NCBI GenBank assembly: GCA_963779755.1
Contig: CAVZZO010000001.1
Coordinates: 928,001 to 992,000 of the forward strand
Reading direction: 5' to 3'
Length of the DNA: 64,000 bases
From: an uncultured Gemmatimonadales bacterium
Lineage (GTDB): Bacteria; Gemmatimonadota; Gemmatimonadetes; Gemmatimonadales; GWC2-71-9
Of this stretch, positions 17,937 through 27,181 are shown in pieces (the first letter of the stretch is position 1; each line of letters opens with the position of its first letter). A program made the translations under genes and the position numbers. The notes below the pieces were generated by a model. That model had not been told where the DNA came from. It did no database searches and worked only from the letters and a program-made list of their open reading frames with translations.

Positions 17937-19097
17937 ATGCGCTTCCGATCTCTCCTTGTGTTCACCGTCCTCTTCGCCGCTTGCCAGGCGGATGCCAGCT
18001 CGGGTACCGGCTGGGCCGGCACCATTGATACTCTGCCGGGGGGCATCCCGATGGTGAAGAATCCCGATCGCGGCCTCTGGAAGCCGGGCGAGGCGTGGCG
18101 GGTCGTCGAAGAGGCGAGGATCGGCACGGAGTCGGGGGACGGACCGGCCTCGTTCTCTCAGATCCGTGCCTTCGAGGTCGATCGGGCGGGCCGCATATAT
18201 GTGCTCGACAGCGAGGCTCAGGAGATCCGGGTGTTCGACAGCACCGGCGCCTGGGTGCGCACCATCGGCCGGAAGGGCGGTGGGCCGGGGGAGTTCAAGC
18301 AGGCCATCGGGATGAGATGGGATCCGGCCGGACGGCTCTGGGTGGTGGACCAGGCCAACGGGCGATTCAGCCTGTTTGACACCGCTGGTACGCTGCTGAC
18401 CTCGTACACCCGCCTGACCAACGGGGTCTTCACCTGGGACTGGGGCGGGAGCTTTGTCCCGGGCCACGGCCTGGTGGATATCGCCTATTCCCCGGGCATG
18501 GAGCGGCAGGCACTCGTCCTTCTGGATTCTGCCGCCCGAGCAACGCCCGACACGTTCCCCGTTCGCCGGTTTGATGCCCCCGCGTTCGAGATTTCCGACA
18601 AGAACCGCCATATCAGTGCGAACATTCCGTTTGCGCCGGCTCTCGATTGGCTCATCGGTCCAGCGGGGGATTTCTGGTATGGCATTTCAGATTCGTACCG
18701 CATCGTCCACCGGCGGCTGGAGGGTGATACCCTGCGGATCATCGAAAAGGCGTGGACCCCCGTCCGGGTAACGCAGGCCGAGCGAGATACGGCGCTCCAG
18801 CGGTACGAATGGTTTACCCGGCAGGGCGGCACGGTTGACGCCTCCAGAATTCCAGACACCAAGCCGGCGTTCGAACGTCTGACGGTTGATGATCGAGGGG
18901 ACCTCTGGGTCCGTCCCGGTGGGGCGCCCGCGGGGCTTTACGACGTATTCGATCCGGAAGGCAGGTATCTGGGGGTGGTGCATGCCGGGGTCAACCTGAA
19001 GTATCAGCGGCCGCTGATCCGGGGCGATCACCTGTATGCGGCCGTGGTAGACACACTCGGTGTTCCCTATATGGTCGAGGCCCGCATCGAGCGCTGA
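17937..19097 (+). CDS. 6-bladed beta-propeller (NHL-like) lipoprotein
   Basis: Lipobox LFAAC; IGRKGGGPGEF; DDRGDLWV; DVFDPEGRYLG. Confidence 0.85.
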   Translation: MRFRSLLVFTVLFAACQADASSGTGWAGTIDTLPGGIPMVKNPDRGLWKPGEAWRVVEEARIGTESGDGPASFSQIRAFEVDRAGRIYVLDSEAQEIRVFDSTGAWVRTIGRKGGGPGEFKQAIGMRWDPAGRLWVVDQANGRFSLFDTAGTLLTSYTRLTNGVFTWDWGGSFVPGHGLVDIAYSPGMERQALVLLDSAARATPDTFPVRRFDAPAFEISDKNRHISANIPFAPALDWLIGPAGDFWYGISDSYRIVHRRLEGDTLRIIEKAWTPVRVTQAERDTALQRYEWFTRQGGTVDASRIPDTKPAFERLTVDDRGDLWVRPGGAPAGLYDVFDPEGRYLGVVHAGVNLKYQRPLIRGDHLYAAVVDTLGVPYMVEARIER

Positions 19098-19106
19098 AGC
19101 AGATGC

Positions 19107-19420
19107 TTACCCATCCATGCCGAGAAAGAATCTCGCCAGCTCCAGCACCAGCGGCTTGCCGGCACCTGCCGGAATCCACGCCAGGTCCTCCGCAATTTCC
19201 GGCCGGCTTTCCCCTGCCGCCCGGGCTCCATCAGCCGTGCGTCGAGGTCCACGATCCAGTACTCGATGCCCCGCTCCTGAAACAGCCGGGGTTTGATCAG
19301 CCGGTCATGCCGCGCCGTGGCGGGCGAGAGCACCTCGATCGCCAGCAGGAGCGTAGCGACCTCCGACCAGTGCCGAGGTGGTGGCCCGGGAGGCAGCACG
19401 AACAGGTCTGGCTGGACCAG
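19107..19420 (-). pseudogene. Uma2-family endonuclease, 5'-truncated and frameshifted
   Basis: LVQPDLFV..LAIEVLSPATARHDR..EYWIVD nearly matches 26049-26597; frameshift near 19225; N-terminus missing. Confidence 0.85.
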
Positions 19421-19457
19421 CTGTGAAGGCACTCTCCCGAAGGGCCTGGACAGGAGC

Positions 19458-19898
19458 TCAGCTGCTGCTCGCCCGGGCAGTGGCCGCTACCCAGCCCCGC
19501 CTGGAGGTAATCCGGTTGTGGCGTGTGAGAATGGGTCGGTCGTCTACCAGGCCGGAAATGTCCTGGAACCGGGCGACTACGGTAACCCCGGTATTTCCGC
19601 AGAAGCTTGCCGCCGCCAGAAAGGCTCCATCCGACCGGTAGATCTCTGCCAGCCAGCACACGTCCTGCATGCAATCTGAGGCATCCCAGGTCCGGCGGCA
19701 GGAATCCAGCGGCTCGTCGCTTCCCACGCACATCCAGCGGATGTCATATGACCAGGGGCCCCAGTAGGGCAGGCAGACGGTGCCGCAGGCCTGACCGCCG
19801 GAGGTGGCCTGTCCTGATGCTGTCTGTGCCTGAACCGGCACACTGGCGATGAGCATCGTACAGGCGAGTACCACCGGCACCCCCATCACGGTTCTCAT
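19458..19898 (-). CDS. Exported Cys-rich mini-protein (6-Cys core + distal Cys)
   Basis: Signal peptide ending VQA; C-x3-C-x14-C-x9-C-x8-C-x4-C-x18-C; GAGGTG SD-like sequence. Confidence 0.7.
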   Translation of the reverse strand: MRTVMGVPVVLACTMLIASVPVQAQTASGQATSGGQACGTVCLPYWGPWSYDIRWMCVGSDEPLDSCRRTWDASDCMQDVCWLAEIYRSDGAFLAAASFCGNTGVTVVARFQDISGLVDDRPILTRHNRITSRRGWVAATARASSS

Positions 19899-19928
19899 AT
19901 GCACCTCGCTTGAGGGAGTGGGACCAGT

Positions 19929-20978
19929 TCACCGGCTTATGGCGAGCTTCAACCGGTACAGCATTACGTCGGCATCCGGCTGACCCAGACACCAGAGGGT
20001 TCGGTTCACCTGGTCGAATGTCAGGCAGGCACCGATCTCCGGGGGGAGCCGAACGGTGCTTACGATGCCCTGGTTCCGCACGACAAGATCCAGGAGGACG
20101 GCCTCAGGCGTCAGCCGGCCTGTGAGGTATCGCCCAGCGGACAGCAGATAGGGCGTCTGCATGATTGTCACCCGGGCAGCGTGATTGATCCGGACGTGGA
20201 TGCCCCCGCTGTCGCCCGGGGCAATCTGGAAGAGGTCCTCCGGTCCCGACCGGAAGACCATCGGGACCACGACAGAATCCAGAACCTGACCTTCCGGCCG
20301 GTAGGCATAGATCAGGTAGGGCTGCTTCGGTGCGTAGATCAACGCATTGTCCGGACTGCGCGACATTGACCCCGCACCCCAGTACCGGAGAACGGCGGCA
20401 AGACGGACCGGCGTGAGCGGGCCGAACGAAGCAAGGTGCTTCATGGACCAGGTGAACAGGTGGACACCGAAATTCCGGCCGGGCCAATCGGTCTGGGCCA
20501 CTCCGGCAACGGCGACACGACGCCCGGAGAGCCCGAGGACGCGGTCAACTTGGGCGAAGCCGTAGGGAAGGCGGGTGCGACTGAGAAAGACGCCTGCCGA
20601 ATCGAAGTAGGAGATCTCGCGTGTGGCTACGTCATAGACCAGCAACTCCCCTTCAGGGGAGACGCTCAGCCGATAGGCGCCGCGAAATTCGCCCGGCCCC
20701 TCGCCCGAACGGCCGATGACCCGCAGTACAGGGCCCTGCTGGCTCAGGTGGACGACGCGGGCATTGCTGAAATCGGCCAGGTACAGTGATCCGTCGGGGG
20801 CCACCGCGGCATCCGCGATTTCGCCAATCGTGGGATAGGGACCAAGACTGTCAGTCCGGGTGACCCTCAGTTGCGCTGCCAGAGAGGAGCAGGCACAGAG
20901 CGCCGTCACCAAAGCAGCAAGCGACAGGACGGAACCTTTCCGAGTCCAGCGGGAAAGTCGGTTCAGGAGGTGAGCCAT
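19929..20978 (-). CDS. 6-bladed beta-propeller exported protein
   Basis: Signal peptide; PDGSLYLAD; IGRSGEGPGEF. Confidence 0.8.
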   Translation of the reverse strand: MAHLLNRLSRWTRKGSVLSLAALVTALCACSSLAAQLRVTRTDSLGPYPTIGEIADAAVAPDGSLYLADFSNARVVHLSQQGPVLRVIGRSGEGPGEFRGAYRLSVSPEGELLVYDVATREISYFDSAGVFLSRTRLPYGFAQVDRVLGLSGRRVAVAGVAQTDWPGRNFGVHLFTWSMKHLASFGPLTPVRLAAVLRYWGAGSMSRSPDNALIYAPKQPYLIYAYRPEGQVLDSVVVPMVFRSGPEDLFQIAPGDSGGIHVRINHAARVTIMQTPYLLSAGRYLTGRLTPEAVLLDLVVRNQGIVSTVRLPPEIGACLTFDQVNRTLWCLGQPDADVMLYRLKLAISR

Positions 20979-21030
20979 CAGGAATACTAGGGAGTTGCCT
21001 TCAACCAGGTGTCAACTCTTGCAATAGGAA

Positions 21031-22107
21031 TCAGTTGCGCAGACCGGGTTCGATAACCAGGAGCCTGATCCCGCCGGATTCAGCCTCCTGCATTTCAACC
21101 AGCGCTCCGGTAAAGGCGCCCAGCGGTGCCGGGTACCGCCGGGTGGAGATCACCCGTCCGCTGGAGGCGTCGAGCACTTCGATGATCCCATCCAGCATGG
21201 CGGCGTAGTCGTTCGGGCCAGGAAGCGAGTTTCCTGCCTGCGTGGGCGCATGCCACGGCTTCCACTGGCGGTCGGGAACCGATGCGACCACCCAGAGATG
21301 ATCCTCATCGTCCAGCCAGATTCCGCTGATCCGCGGCTCCGGGCGTTCGGCGAACGCATCCTTCTCGGCCACGGATGTTCGCGGCTCTTCATCCTTGAAC
21401 CAGGGCGATCCGGGGGCAATCACGCTGAGCCGCATTCCGTCCGCGCCCCAGTGCGAGAACTGGTAGGCGCCGGTCCTCCGCGCGCTCCAGAAGCCGCCCC
21501 GGCCGTCGGAGGCCATGACGTACTGCAGCTGGTCAGGGTCTGCGCTGGTGCTGTCGCCGGCGGTGGCCACGCTGTCGAAGTTCGGGCTGAAGATCTGAAA
21601 CGGCCGGCCCGGGATGGTATAGGTGTTGACCACCACTCCGCCGTCCGCGAGGCTCGCGATGCCGGAGGCGCGGCTCGCCAGCGGCACGGTTCGGACAAAG
21701 CGCAGATCGGGTGCCAGGACGGTGAGCCGTTCCGTCAGCACCACCACCGATCCATCAGACCGAATGGCCAGATCCCTGATGTGGCGGAACTCGCCCGGGC
21801 CATCGCCTGCCCGTCCGACAGGTGCCAGCGCCAGACCGGCGGAATCGTACCGGGCGATCTGCGACAGGTCGCCCGCCGGCGCGACCAGATAGTCGCCCTG
21901 CCTGAAAGGATGCGGGGCGGAGAAGAGCCGCAGCTGCGCGGGATCGTCGTCCCGGCCCAGGACCACCCGGGCATGCAGCTGGATGCGGCAGCTGTCGCAG
22001 GCAAGTGATCGAGACTCGGCGGTGTCAGTCCCCGGCCCTCTGCTCCCCCGGCCACAGGCGGCAACAAGCAGGCAGATAGCCAGGCTGAGCTGAAGGTGTG
22101 GGCTCAC
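21031..22107 (-). CDS. 6-bladed beta-propeller lipoprotein
   Basis: Lipobox LVAAC; CDSC.I.L; VGRAGDGPGEF; DGIIEVLD. Confidence 0.8.
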   Translation of the reverse strand: MSPHLQLSLAICLLVAACGRGSRGPGTDTAESRSLACDSCRIQLHARVVLGRDDDPAQLRLFSAPHPFRQGDYLVAPAGDLSQIARYDSAGLALAPVGRAGDGPGEFRHIRDLAIRSDGSVVVLTERLTVLAPDLRFVRTVPLASRASGIASLADGGVVVNTYTIPGRPFQIFSPNFDSVATAGDSTSADPDQLQYVMASDGRGGFWSARRTGAYQFSHWGADGMRLSVIAPGSPWFKDEEPRTSVAEKDAFAERPEPRISGIWLDDEDHLWVVASVPDRQWKPWHAPTQAGNSLPGPNDYAAMLDGIIEVLDASSGRVISTRRYPAPLGAFTGALVEMQEAESGGIRLLVIEPGLRN

Positions 22108-22135
22108 GCCGTAGTCCCGGTCAATCTCATGGCTG

Positions 22136-22324
22136 CATCAGGAATCCACAGATGACAGATGACACAGATGATGTCTGCGTGTCTTTGCTGGCTCCGCCAA
22201 GGGCCCGCCCAGGAACCCACAAGAACACCCCTCTTGTCTTGTGGTAGAACCGGCGACGCTCCGCGGGGCTTCGCCGGGATTGAGAATCATCTGTGTAATC
22301 TGTGTAATCTGTGGATTCCTCATG
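22136..22324. repeat. MITE-like palindromic element with arms built from ACAGAT repeats
   Basis: catcaggaatccacagatgacagatgacacagatgat ... atcatctgtgtaatctgtgtaatctgtggattcctcatg. Confidence 0.75.
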
Positions 22325-22347
22325 AATCCATCCGGGTCCCGGAACCT

Positions 22348-23721
22348 GGTGCCGTCCCGATTCGTGTAGAAAATTGAAATGGCGTATGCTTCCGGGATGA
22401 TCGAACCCCGATCCGCCGAAGTGCGGATCTAACCCGGAGGCATACGCCATGAGAGAAGTTACGGCCACGGAGCAGGGGTGGGAAGCACTGGTCGGGGCGG
22501 ACCCGCTGACGGCGGCCCTGCGCCGCGAAGCGCGGCGCTGGATTGAGCGCATGTTGCACGAGGAATTGGCGGCCGTCTTGGGCAGCGGCCGGCATGAGCG
22601 GACCGCCGCCCGGCAGGGATATCGGCACGGCACCCGGCGGCGGCGGGTGACGACCAGCCTGGGCCCCGTGGATCTCGCCATCCCGCGAGGGCGGGTGCAG
22701 GCGGGCGCCGAGCTGCGGGAATGGCAGAGCGGGCTGCTGCCGCGGTACGCGCGCCGAGCCCGGGCGGTGGATGCGGCGCTGGTCGGCTTCTACTGCGGGG
22801 GCGGCAATCAGCGGCGGCTCGCCCGGGCGCTCCGCTCGCTGCTGGCCGACGGTCCCGCCTCGCGGAGCACGGTCTCGCGCGTCGTGCGGGGGCTGCGGCA
22901 GGGCTACGAGGCGTGGCGCGAGCGCCCCCTGGGGGAGTTGGGGGTGCAGTATCTCTATCTGGATGCGATCCACCTGCATGTGCGGGTGCTCAAGCGGGTC
23001 GAGCCGCTCCCGGTCCAGGTGGCGGTCGGGGTGCGGCCCGACGGGCAGAAGGTGCTGCTGGATCTCCGGCTCTACGTCGCGGAGAGCGCCGCGGCCTGGG
23101 GCGACTTCGTGCGCGGGCTGGTGGAGCGCGGCCTGGTCGCGCCGGCGCTGGTGATCACCGACGGCAGCAAGGGTCTGCGCCGGGCGCTGAGCGAGATCTG
23201 GCCGCAGGCTGCGGTGCAGCGCTGCACGGTGCATAAGCTGCGCAACCTGGCGGCCCACTGCCCGCAGCGGCTCTATCCGGCCGGCAAGCGCGACTACCAC
23301 GCCATCGTGTATGCCGCCGATGCGGAGGCGGCGCGGCGGGCCTGGGGGCGGTTTACCCGCCGCTGGGGCCGGGAGCTGCCGGGGGTGGTGGCGAGCCTGG
23401 AGGAGGCGGGCGAGGAGCTGCTCACGTTCTATCGCCTGCCGAAGGCGCAGTGGAAGAGCCTCCGCACGACGAATATCGTCGAGCGCGTGCTGGAGGAGGT
23501 GCGACGGCGAGTCAAAACGCAGGGATCGTTGCCCAGCACCGAGGCCGTCCTGGTGCTCGGCTACGGTCTGATCGCGACGGGGCAACTGCCCTTGCGGCGG
23601 ATTGCCGGCTGGCGAACCTTGCCCCGTGTCAGTAACCGTCAAGCGGCTGCATGAGCGCCTGACACGCTTGGAGGCCCGGAGACAGCGCCCATTGATTTTC
23701 TACACAACTCGGGACACGACC
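22348..23721 (+). mobile_element. Complete IS256-family insertion sequence with 8-bp TSD CGGAACCT
   Basis: IRL GGTGCCGTCCCGATTCGTGTAGAAAAT; IRR (reverse complement) GGTCGTGTCCCGAGTTGTGTAGAAAAT; TSD at 22340-22347 and 23722-23729. Confidence 0.95.
22449..23654 (+). CDS. IS256-family (mutator-type) transposase
   Basis: YLYLDAI, LVITDGSKGL, QRCTVHKLRN, LRTTNIVER..EVRRR. Confidence 0.95.
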   Translation: MREVTATEQGWEALVGADPLTAALRREARRWIERMLHEELAAVLGSGRHERTAARQGYRHGTRRRRVTTSLGPVDLAIPRGRVQAGAELREWQSGLLPRYARRARAVDAALVGFYCGGGNQRRLARALRSLLADGPASRSTVSRVVRGLRQGYEAWRERPLGELGVQYLYLDAIHLHVRVLKRVEPLPVQVAVGVRPDGQKVLLDLRLYVAESAAAWGDFVRGLVERGLVAPALVITDGSKGLRRALSEIWPQAAVQRCTVHKLRNLAAHCPQRLYPAGKRDYHAIVYAADAEAARRAWGRFTRRWGRELPGVVASLEEAGEELLTFYRLPKAQWKSLRTTNIVERVLEEVRRRVKTQGSLPSTEAVLVLGYGLIATGQLPLRRIAGWRTLPRVSNRQAAA

Positions 23722-24916
23722 CGGAACCTTGGGGAACCTGGTCACGGTGATACCGGTACTCTGTCACGAACTCCTGCCCGGTGGAGTCGGCCAGCGCGCC
23801 GAGTATGTAGTCATCCCCGATCTCGAAGAGCCGCATCTCGGCCGGCAGCTGGAGTGTCGCCAGACTGTCACCGGCCGGTGAATAGACCCGGACGGCCGTC
23901 GAGTCGTCGCCCGGGACGGTCGTGACCACCCACAGGTCCCCGTCGGGGTCGGTGAGCAGGGCAGTGTAGGGGGGCAGATGCTCCGGCATCTTCGTCAGTG
24001 CCAGCATCATCTTCTTGATCATGGCCCGGTCCGCCGGGGCGCCGGCCATGGTATTCAGCATCTGATCGATGGCGCGATCGAAGTGATGCGCCGTGGCCGG
24101 CCGAAGGGCGCCGCCAATCCGGATGCTTCCCGTCCGGTTGGCCTTGAGATCGTACTCGTCCACCCAGGCGGAATCTCCGGTGCCGACATACAGCCGGTCC
24201 TCGCTCAGGGCGAGCCGGGTGATGGTGCCCAGCGGGCTGCTCTGTCCCAGATAGACTTCCGGCAGACCCGCCAGACTGTCGCCTTGGGCGTTCGCCACGA
24301 TAACCCGGCTGAAGACGCGCTGTGCTCCCATGGCCTCAGGCGCCTGACCCGGGCTCGTCATCATGGCGAAGGTGCCCGCACGGGAGCACGTGAGGTTGAC
24401 CGGGAGTGGGGGGGCTGGGAGATCTCCCTCGCGAACCAGCTTGCCATGTGAATCGAACTGCGCCAGTGTGGCCCGACCTGCATCCCAGGTGTACACGCCG
24501 TCCCCTCCGCACTGGCCCAGCCAGCCCAGGACCTGGAATTCACCGGGACCACCCCCGTGGCGGCCGGCGGACCAGACCGGCTGTCCCGATGCGTTGAACG
24601 CCTTGATGGACTGCTCGTGCCCGCCGTAGCCGTCGGCAACGACGACCGTTCCGTCGGGGAGCCTGGTCGCGCCCACCACGTGGGTAAGGAGCTCCTCCTC
24701 ATCGGCCCGCGAACGCGGAATCGTGACCAGCGGAGTATCGTCCAGCACGAGAGCCCTGGTGACGGCCGCCTGATTCCCTGTACCCGATGATGCGGCCGGC
24801 TTTTTCACTTCTCCGGCACACCCCGCGAGCCCGGCACCCACGAAGAATGCGAATGCTGCGTACAACCGTACAGCAGATGCCTGCCTCGGGGTAAGTCTCG
24901 ACTCTTGCGTCCGCAT
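23639..24916 (-). CDS. 6-bladed beta-propeller lipoprotein; extreme C-terminus replaced by IS256 sequence
   Basis: Lipobox LAGC; AGRHGGGPGEF; DPDGDLWV; FEIGDDYILG; reading frame crosses the TSD into IRR. Confidence 0.8.
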   Translation of the reverse strand: MRTQESRLTPRQASAVRLYAAFAFFVGAGLAGCAGEVKKPAASSGTGNQAAVTRALVLDDTPLVTIPRSRADEEELLTHVVGATRLPDGTVVVADGYGGHEQSIKAFNASGQPVWSAGRHGGGPGEFQVLGWLGQCGGDGVYTWDAGRATLAQFDSHGKLVREGDLPAPPLPVNLTCSRAGTFAMMTSPGQAPEAMGAQRVFSRVIVANAQGDSLAGLPEVYLGQSSPLGTITRLALSEDRLYVGTGDSAWVDEYDLKANRTGSIRIGGALRPATAHHFDRAIDQMLNTMAGAPADRAMIKKMMLALTKMPEHLPPYTALLTDPDGDLWVVTTVPGDDSTAVRVYSPAGDSLATLQLPAEMRLFEIGDDYILGALADSTGQEFVTEYRYHRDQVPQGSGSCPELCRKSMGAVSGPPSVSGAHAAA

Positions 24917-24989
24917 GGTGGCCTCGTGAGCGAGGGCGGGGAGGGATGGGTTCCGGCTAACCTACCCCCTGGTTGTCCCACCGCAACCA

Positions 24990-25041
24990 TCGGCTGAAGC
25001 CGAGTCTCGGGGCAAGGCTTTTTCACTGAAGTGAAGCAGAG
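24990..25041 (+). repeat. REP-like bipartite hairpin unit, copy 1 (TCGGCTGAAGCCGAGTCTCG ... TTCACTGAAGTGAAGCA)
   Basis: Repeated at 25557, 26753 and, inverted, at 28080. Confidence 0.85.
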
Positions 25042-25121
25042 TTGCCGACAGGTGCGTGGATATGTGCCACATGGCGGATTCCGGGTGACATTCCCTCAGG
25101 GAGTTTTCCCGATATTGGTCC

Positions 25122-25565
25122 ATGTTCCACCGCATCTATGCCCATATCGTCTGGACCACGCGCGACCGGCGACCGCTGCTGGACAAGCGGCTGGCCGAGT
25201 TTCTGCCGGCATTGCTGCGGAACATGGCCCGGCAGGAGAAGGCGCACATCCTCGAGCTGGGGATGGTGAGCACGCATATCCATCTGCTGGTGCGGCTGCA
25301 CCCCACTACCAGGCTTCCCCGCCTGCTGCAACGGTTGAAGGGGGGCAGCGCCCGGCTGGCGAATCAGCAGCTCTGCCTGACCCGGCCGAACACGCTGCAA
25401 TGGGAGGCGGGCTACTCGATTCACTCGCTCAATCCGCGCTCCCTTGAACGGGTACGGGAATATCTCAGAGGACAGCCGGAGCATCATCCGGAAGAACGGA
25501 TCGCCGACTGGGATGGCGACCGGTCGGAGTATGAGTCGGAGAATGATCTCGTAGCCCTCGGCTGA
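25122..25565 (+). CDS. tnpA: IS200/IS605-family or REP-associated HUH (Y1) transposase
   Basis: HIVWTT..R, HUH motif HIHLL, LKGGS, W..GY, catalytic YLRGQ..HH; no tnpB nearby. Confidence 0.9.
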   Translation: MFHRIYAHIVWTTRDRRPLLDKRLAEFLPALLRNMARQEKAHILELGMVSTHIHLLVRLHPTTRLPRLLQRLKGGSARLANQQLCLTRPNTLQWEAGYSIHSLNPRSLERVREYLRGQPEHHPEERIADWDGDRSEYESENDLVALG

Positions 25566-25604
25566 AGCCGAGTCTCGACAAAGGCTTTTCACTGAAGTGA
25601 AGCA
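25557..25604 (+). repeat. REP-like unit, copy 2 (contains the tnpA stop codon)
   Basis: ctcggctgaagccgagtctcg..ttttcactgaagtgaagca. Confidence 0.85.
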
Positions 25605-26041
25605 TGGCCGCGGCGGCGACCTCTGGTTCGGGATTTCCGAGGACTACCGCATCGTTGACCGGCGGCTGCGCGGCGACACGGTACGCATCATCGAGAAGCA
25701 ATGGACGCCTCAGCATGTGACCGGGGCCGAACGGGATCCCGCGCTGAAACACTACGACTCGTTTGTCAAGCAAGGTGGCAAGCTGGACGCCTCGAAGGTG
25801 CCGTCCTCCAAGCCCGCCTTTCGCCGGTTCACCGTTGACGATCAGGGAGCACTCTGGGTAGAACCCGGCGGAGCGCCTCGCGGCGCCTGACGTCTTTAGG
25901 CCGGCCGGCAGGTATCTGGGCCAGGTGGTGACAGGCTTGCAGGTCTCCGGGTCGCCGCTGATCCGGGGCGCCCATTTCTTCGCGTCGATCGCGGATTCAC
26001 TGGGCGTGCCGTACATGGTCGTGGCCAGAATCGAGCGCTGA
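25605..26041 (+). pseudogene. 3' fragment of a beta-propeller gene paralogous to 17937-19097, frameshifted near 25888
   Basis: GDLWFGISEDYRIV..KPAFRRFTVDDQGALWV, then in another frame DVF..GRYLG..LGVPYMVVARIER*. Confidence 0.85.
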
Positions 26042-26048
26042 GACGCGG

Positions 26049-26597
26049 CTAGGTCTCCAGCCGGCTGAAGAAGGCGACGAGATCAACGACCAGCGGCTCG
26101 CCCGTACCCCCCGGCCGCCAGACCACCTCTTCCGCCAGAATTTCCGGCCGGCTCTCTCCGGCCGGCCAGCGCTCCACGACGCGGGCATCCAGATCCACGA
26201 TCCAGTATTCGATGCCCCGCTCCTGGAACAGTCGGCGCTTGACGAGCCGGTCGTGCCGCGCGGTCGCGGGCGAGAGCACCTCGATGGCCAGCAGCAGTAG
26301 GGTGACCTCCGACCAGTGTCGAGGTGGCGGTCCGGGAGGCAGCACGAACAGGTCCGGCTGTACCAGTGTGTCGGGCGACAATTCAATGTCTGCCGGCGAC
26401 CAGAGGACCCGGCCCGCGCCCGTCTGTTTCAGATACTCCTGGAGCAGGTCATACAGGGAGGCCAAGGCGTACTGGTGCCGGGGGGAAGGGGCCGGCGTCA
26501 CGAGCAGGGTGCCTTCCACCACCTCGTAGCGATTGCCGTCGGCGGGGAAGCGGCGAACCTGGGCCGCGGTATACCGGGTGGGGACAGCCATAACCAT
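26049..26597 (-). CDS. Uma2-family (PD-(D/E)XK) endonuclease
   Basis: RYEVVEGTLLVTPAP..HQ, VQPDLFV, LAIEVLSP, EYWIVD. Confidence 0.9.
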   Translation of the reverse strand: MVMAVPTRYTAAQVRRFPADGNRYEVVEGTLLVTPAPSPRHQYALASLYDLLQEYLKQTGAGRVLWSPADIELSPDTLVQPDLFVLPPGPPPRHWSEVTLLLLAIEVLSPATARHDRLVKRRLFQERGIEYWIVDLDARVVERWPAGESRPEILAEEVVWRPGGTGEPLVVDLVAFFSRLET

Positions 26598-26752
26598 AGT
26601 ATCGGCTCGGCGCTCTGGGGGAAGCAAGGGGCGGCCATGCAACAGGCTGTGGCCATGACCCGATAGTGGCGGCATCGCTACGCCGCGCTGCGGCACCTTT
26701 CCGCGCAACCGGCCTCCCCCTCCCCGGAAGTCATGGTCTGGAGGGCAGCCAT

Positions 26753-26835
26753 CTCGGCTGCGCCGAGTCTCGGGAAGCTCTTTCACTGAAGTGAAGCAGA
26801 GCTTGCGGCGAGTGCGGTTATGTACCGCATGGAAG
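26753..26835 (+). repeat. REP-like unit, copy 3, plus about 35 bp resembling the tnpA upstream leader
   Basis: ctcggctgcgccgagtctcg..tttcactgaagtgaagcagag; downstream gtgcggttatgtaccgcatgg resembles gtgcgtggatatgtgccacatgg after copy 1. Confidence 0.8.
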
Positions 26836-26856
26836 CGGCCGTCCCGGAAAACTTGG

Positions 26857-27181
26857 TTACTCCCGGTGATACCCGTACTCCGCCACCACCTCCTGGCCGG
26901 TCGAGTCCGTGTACGCTCCCAGGATGTAGTCGCTTCCCACCTCGAAGATCTGCATGCCGGCCGGCAGCTGCACCGTGCCCAGGCTGTCGTCGCCGGGAGA
27001 AAAGGCGTGCAGGACGGTCGAGTCGTCGCCGAAGACGGTGGTCACCACCCAGAGATTTCCCGCTGGATCGGCGAGCAGGGCGGTGTAGGGTGGGAGACGG
27101 TCGGGGATATGAAACCGTGCCAGCATCATCTTCTTCATCATGGCCCGGGCTTGCGGTGTGCCCGGCATCTGACCCAGCAGG
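26857..27181 (-). pseudogene. 3' fragment of a beta-propeller gene paralogous to 23639-24916, truncated by an IS3 end
   Basis: KKMMLA..LPPYTALLADPAGNLWVVTT..FEVGSDYILGAYTDSTGQE..YHRE*. Confidence 0.85.

Noticed and set aside
25597..25890. tnpB or a standalone gene downstream of tnpA
   Set aside because: The sequence is a beta-propeller fragment; no RuvC or Zn-finger motifs
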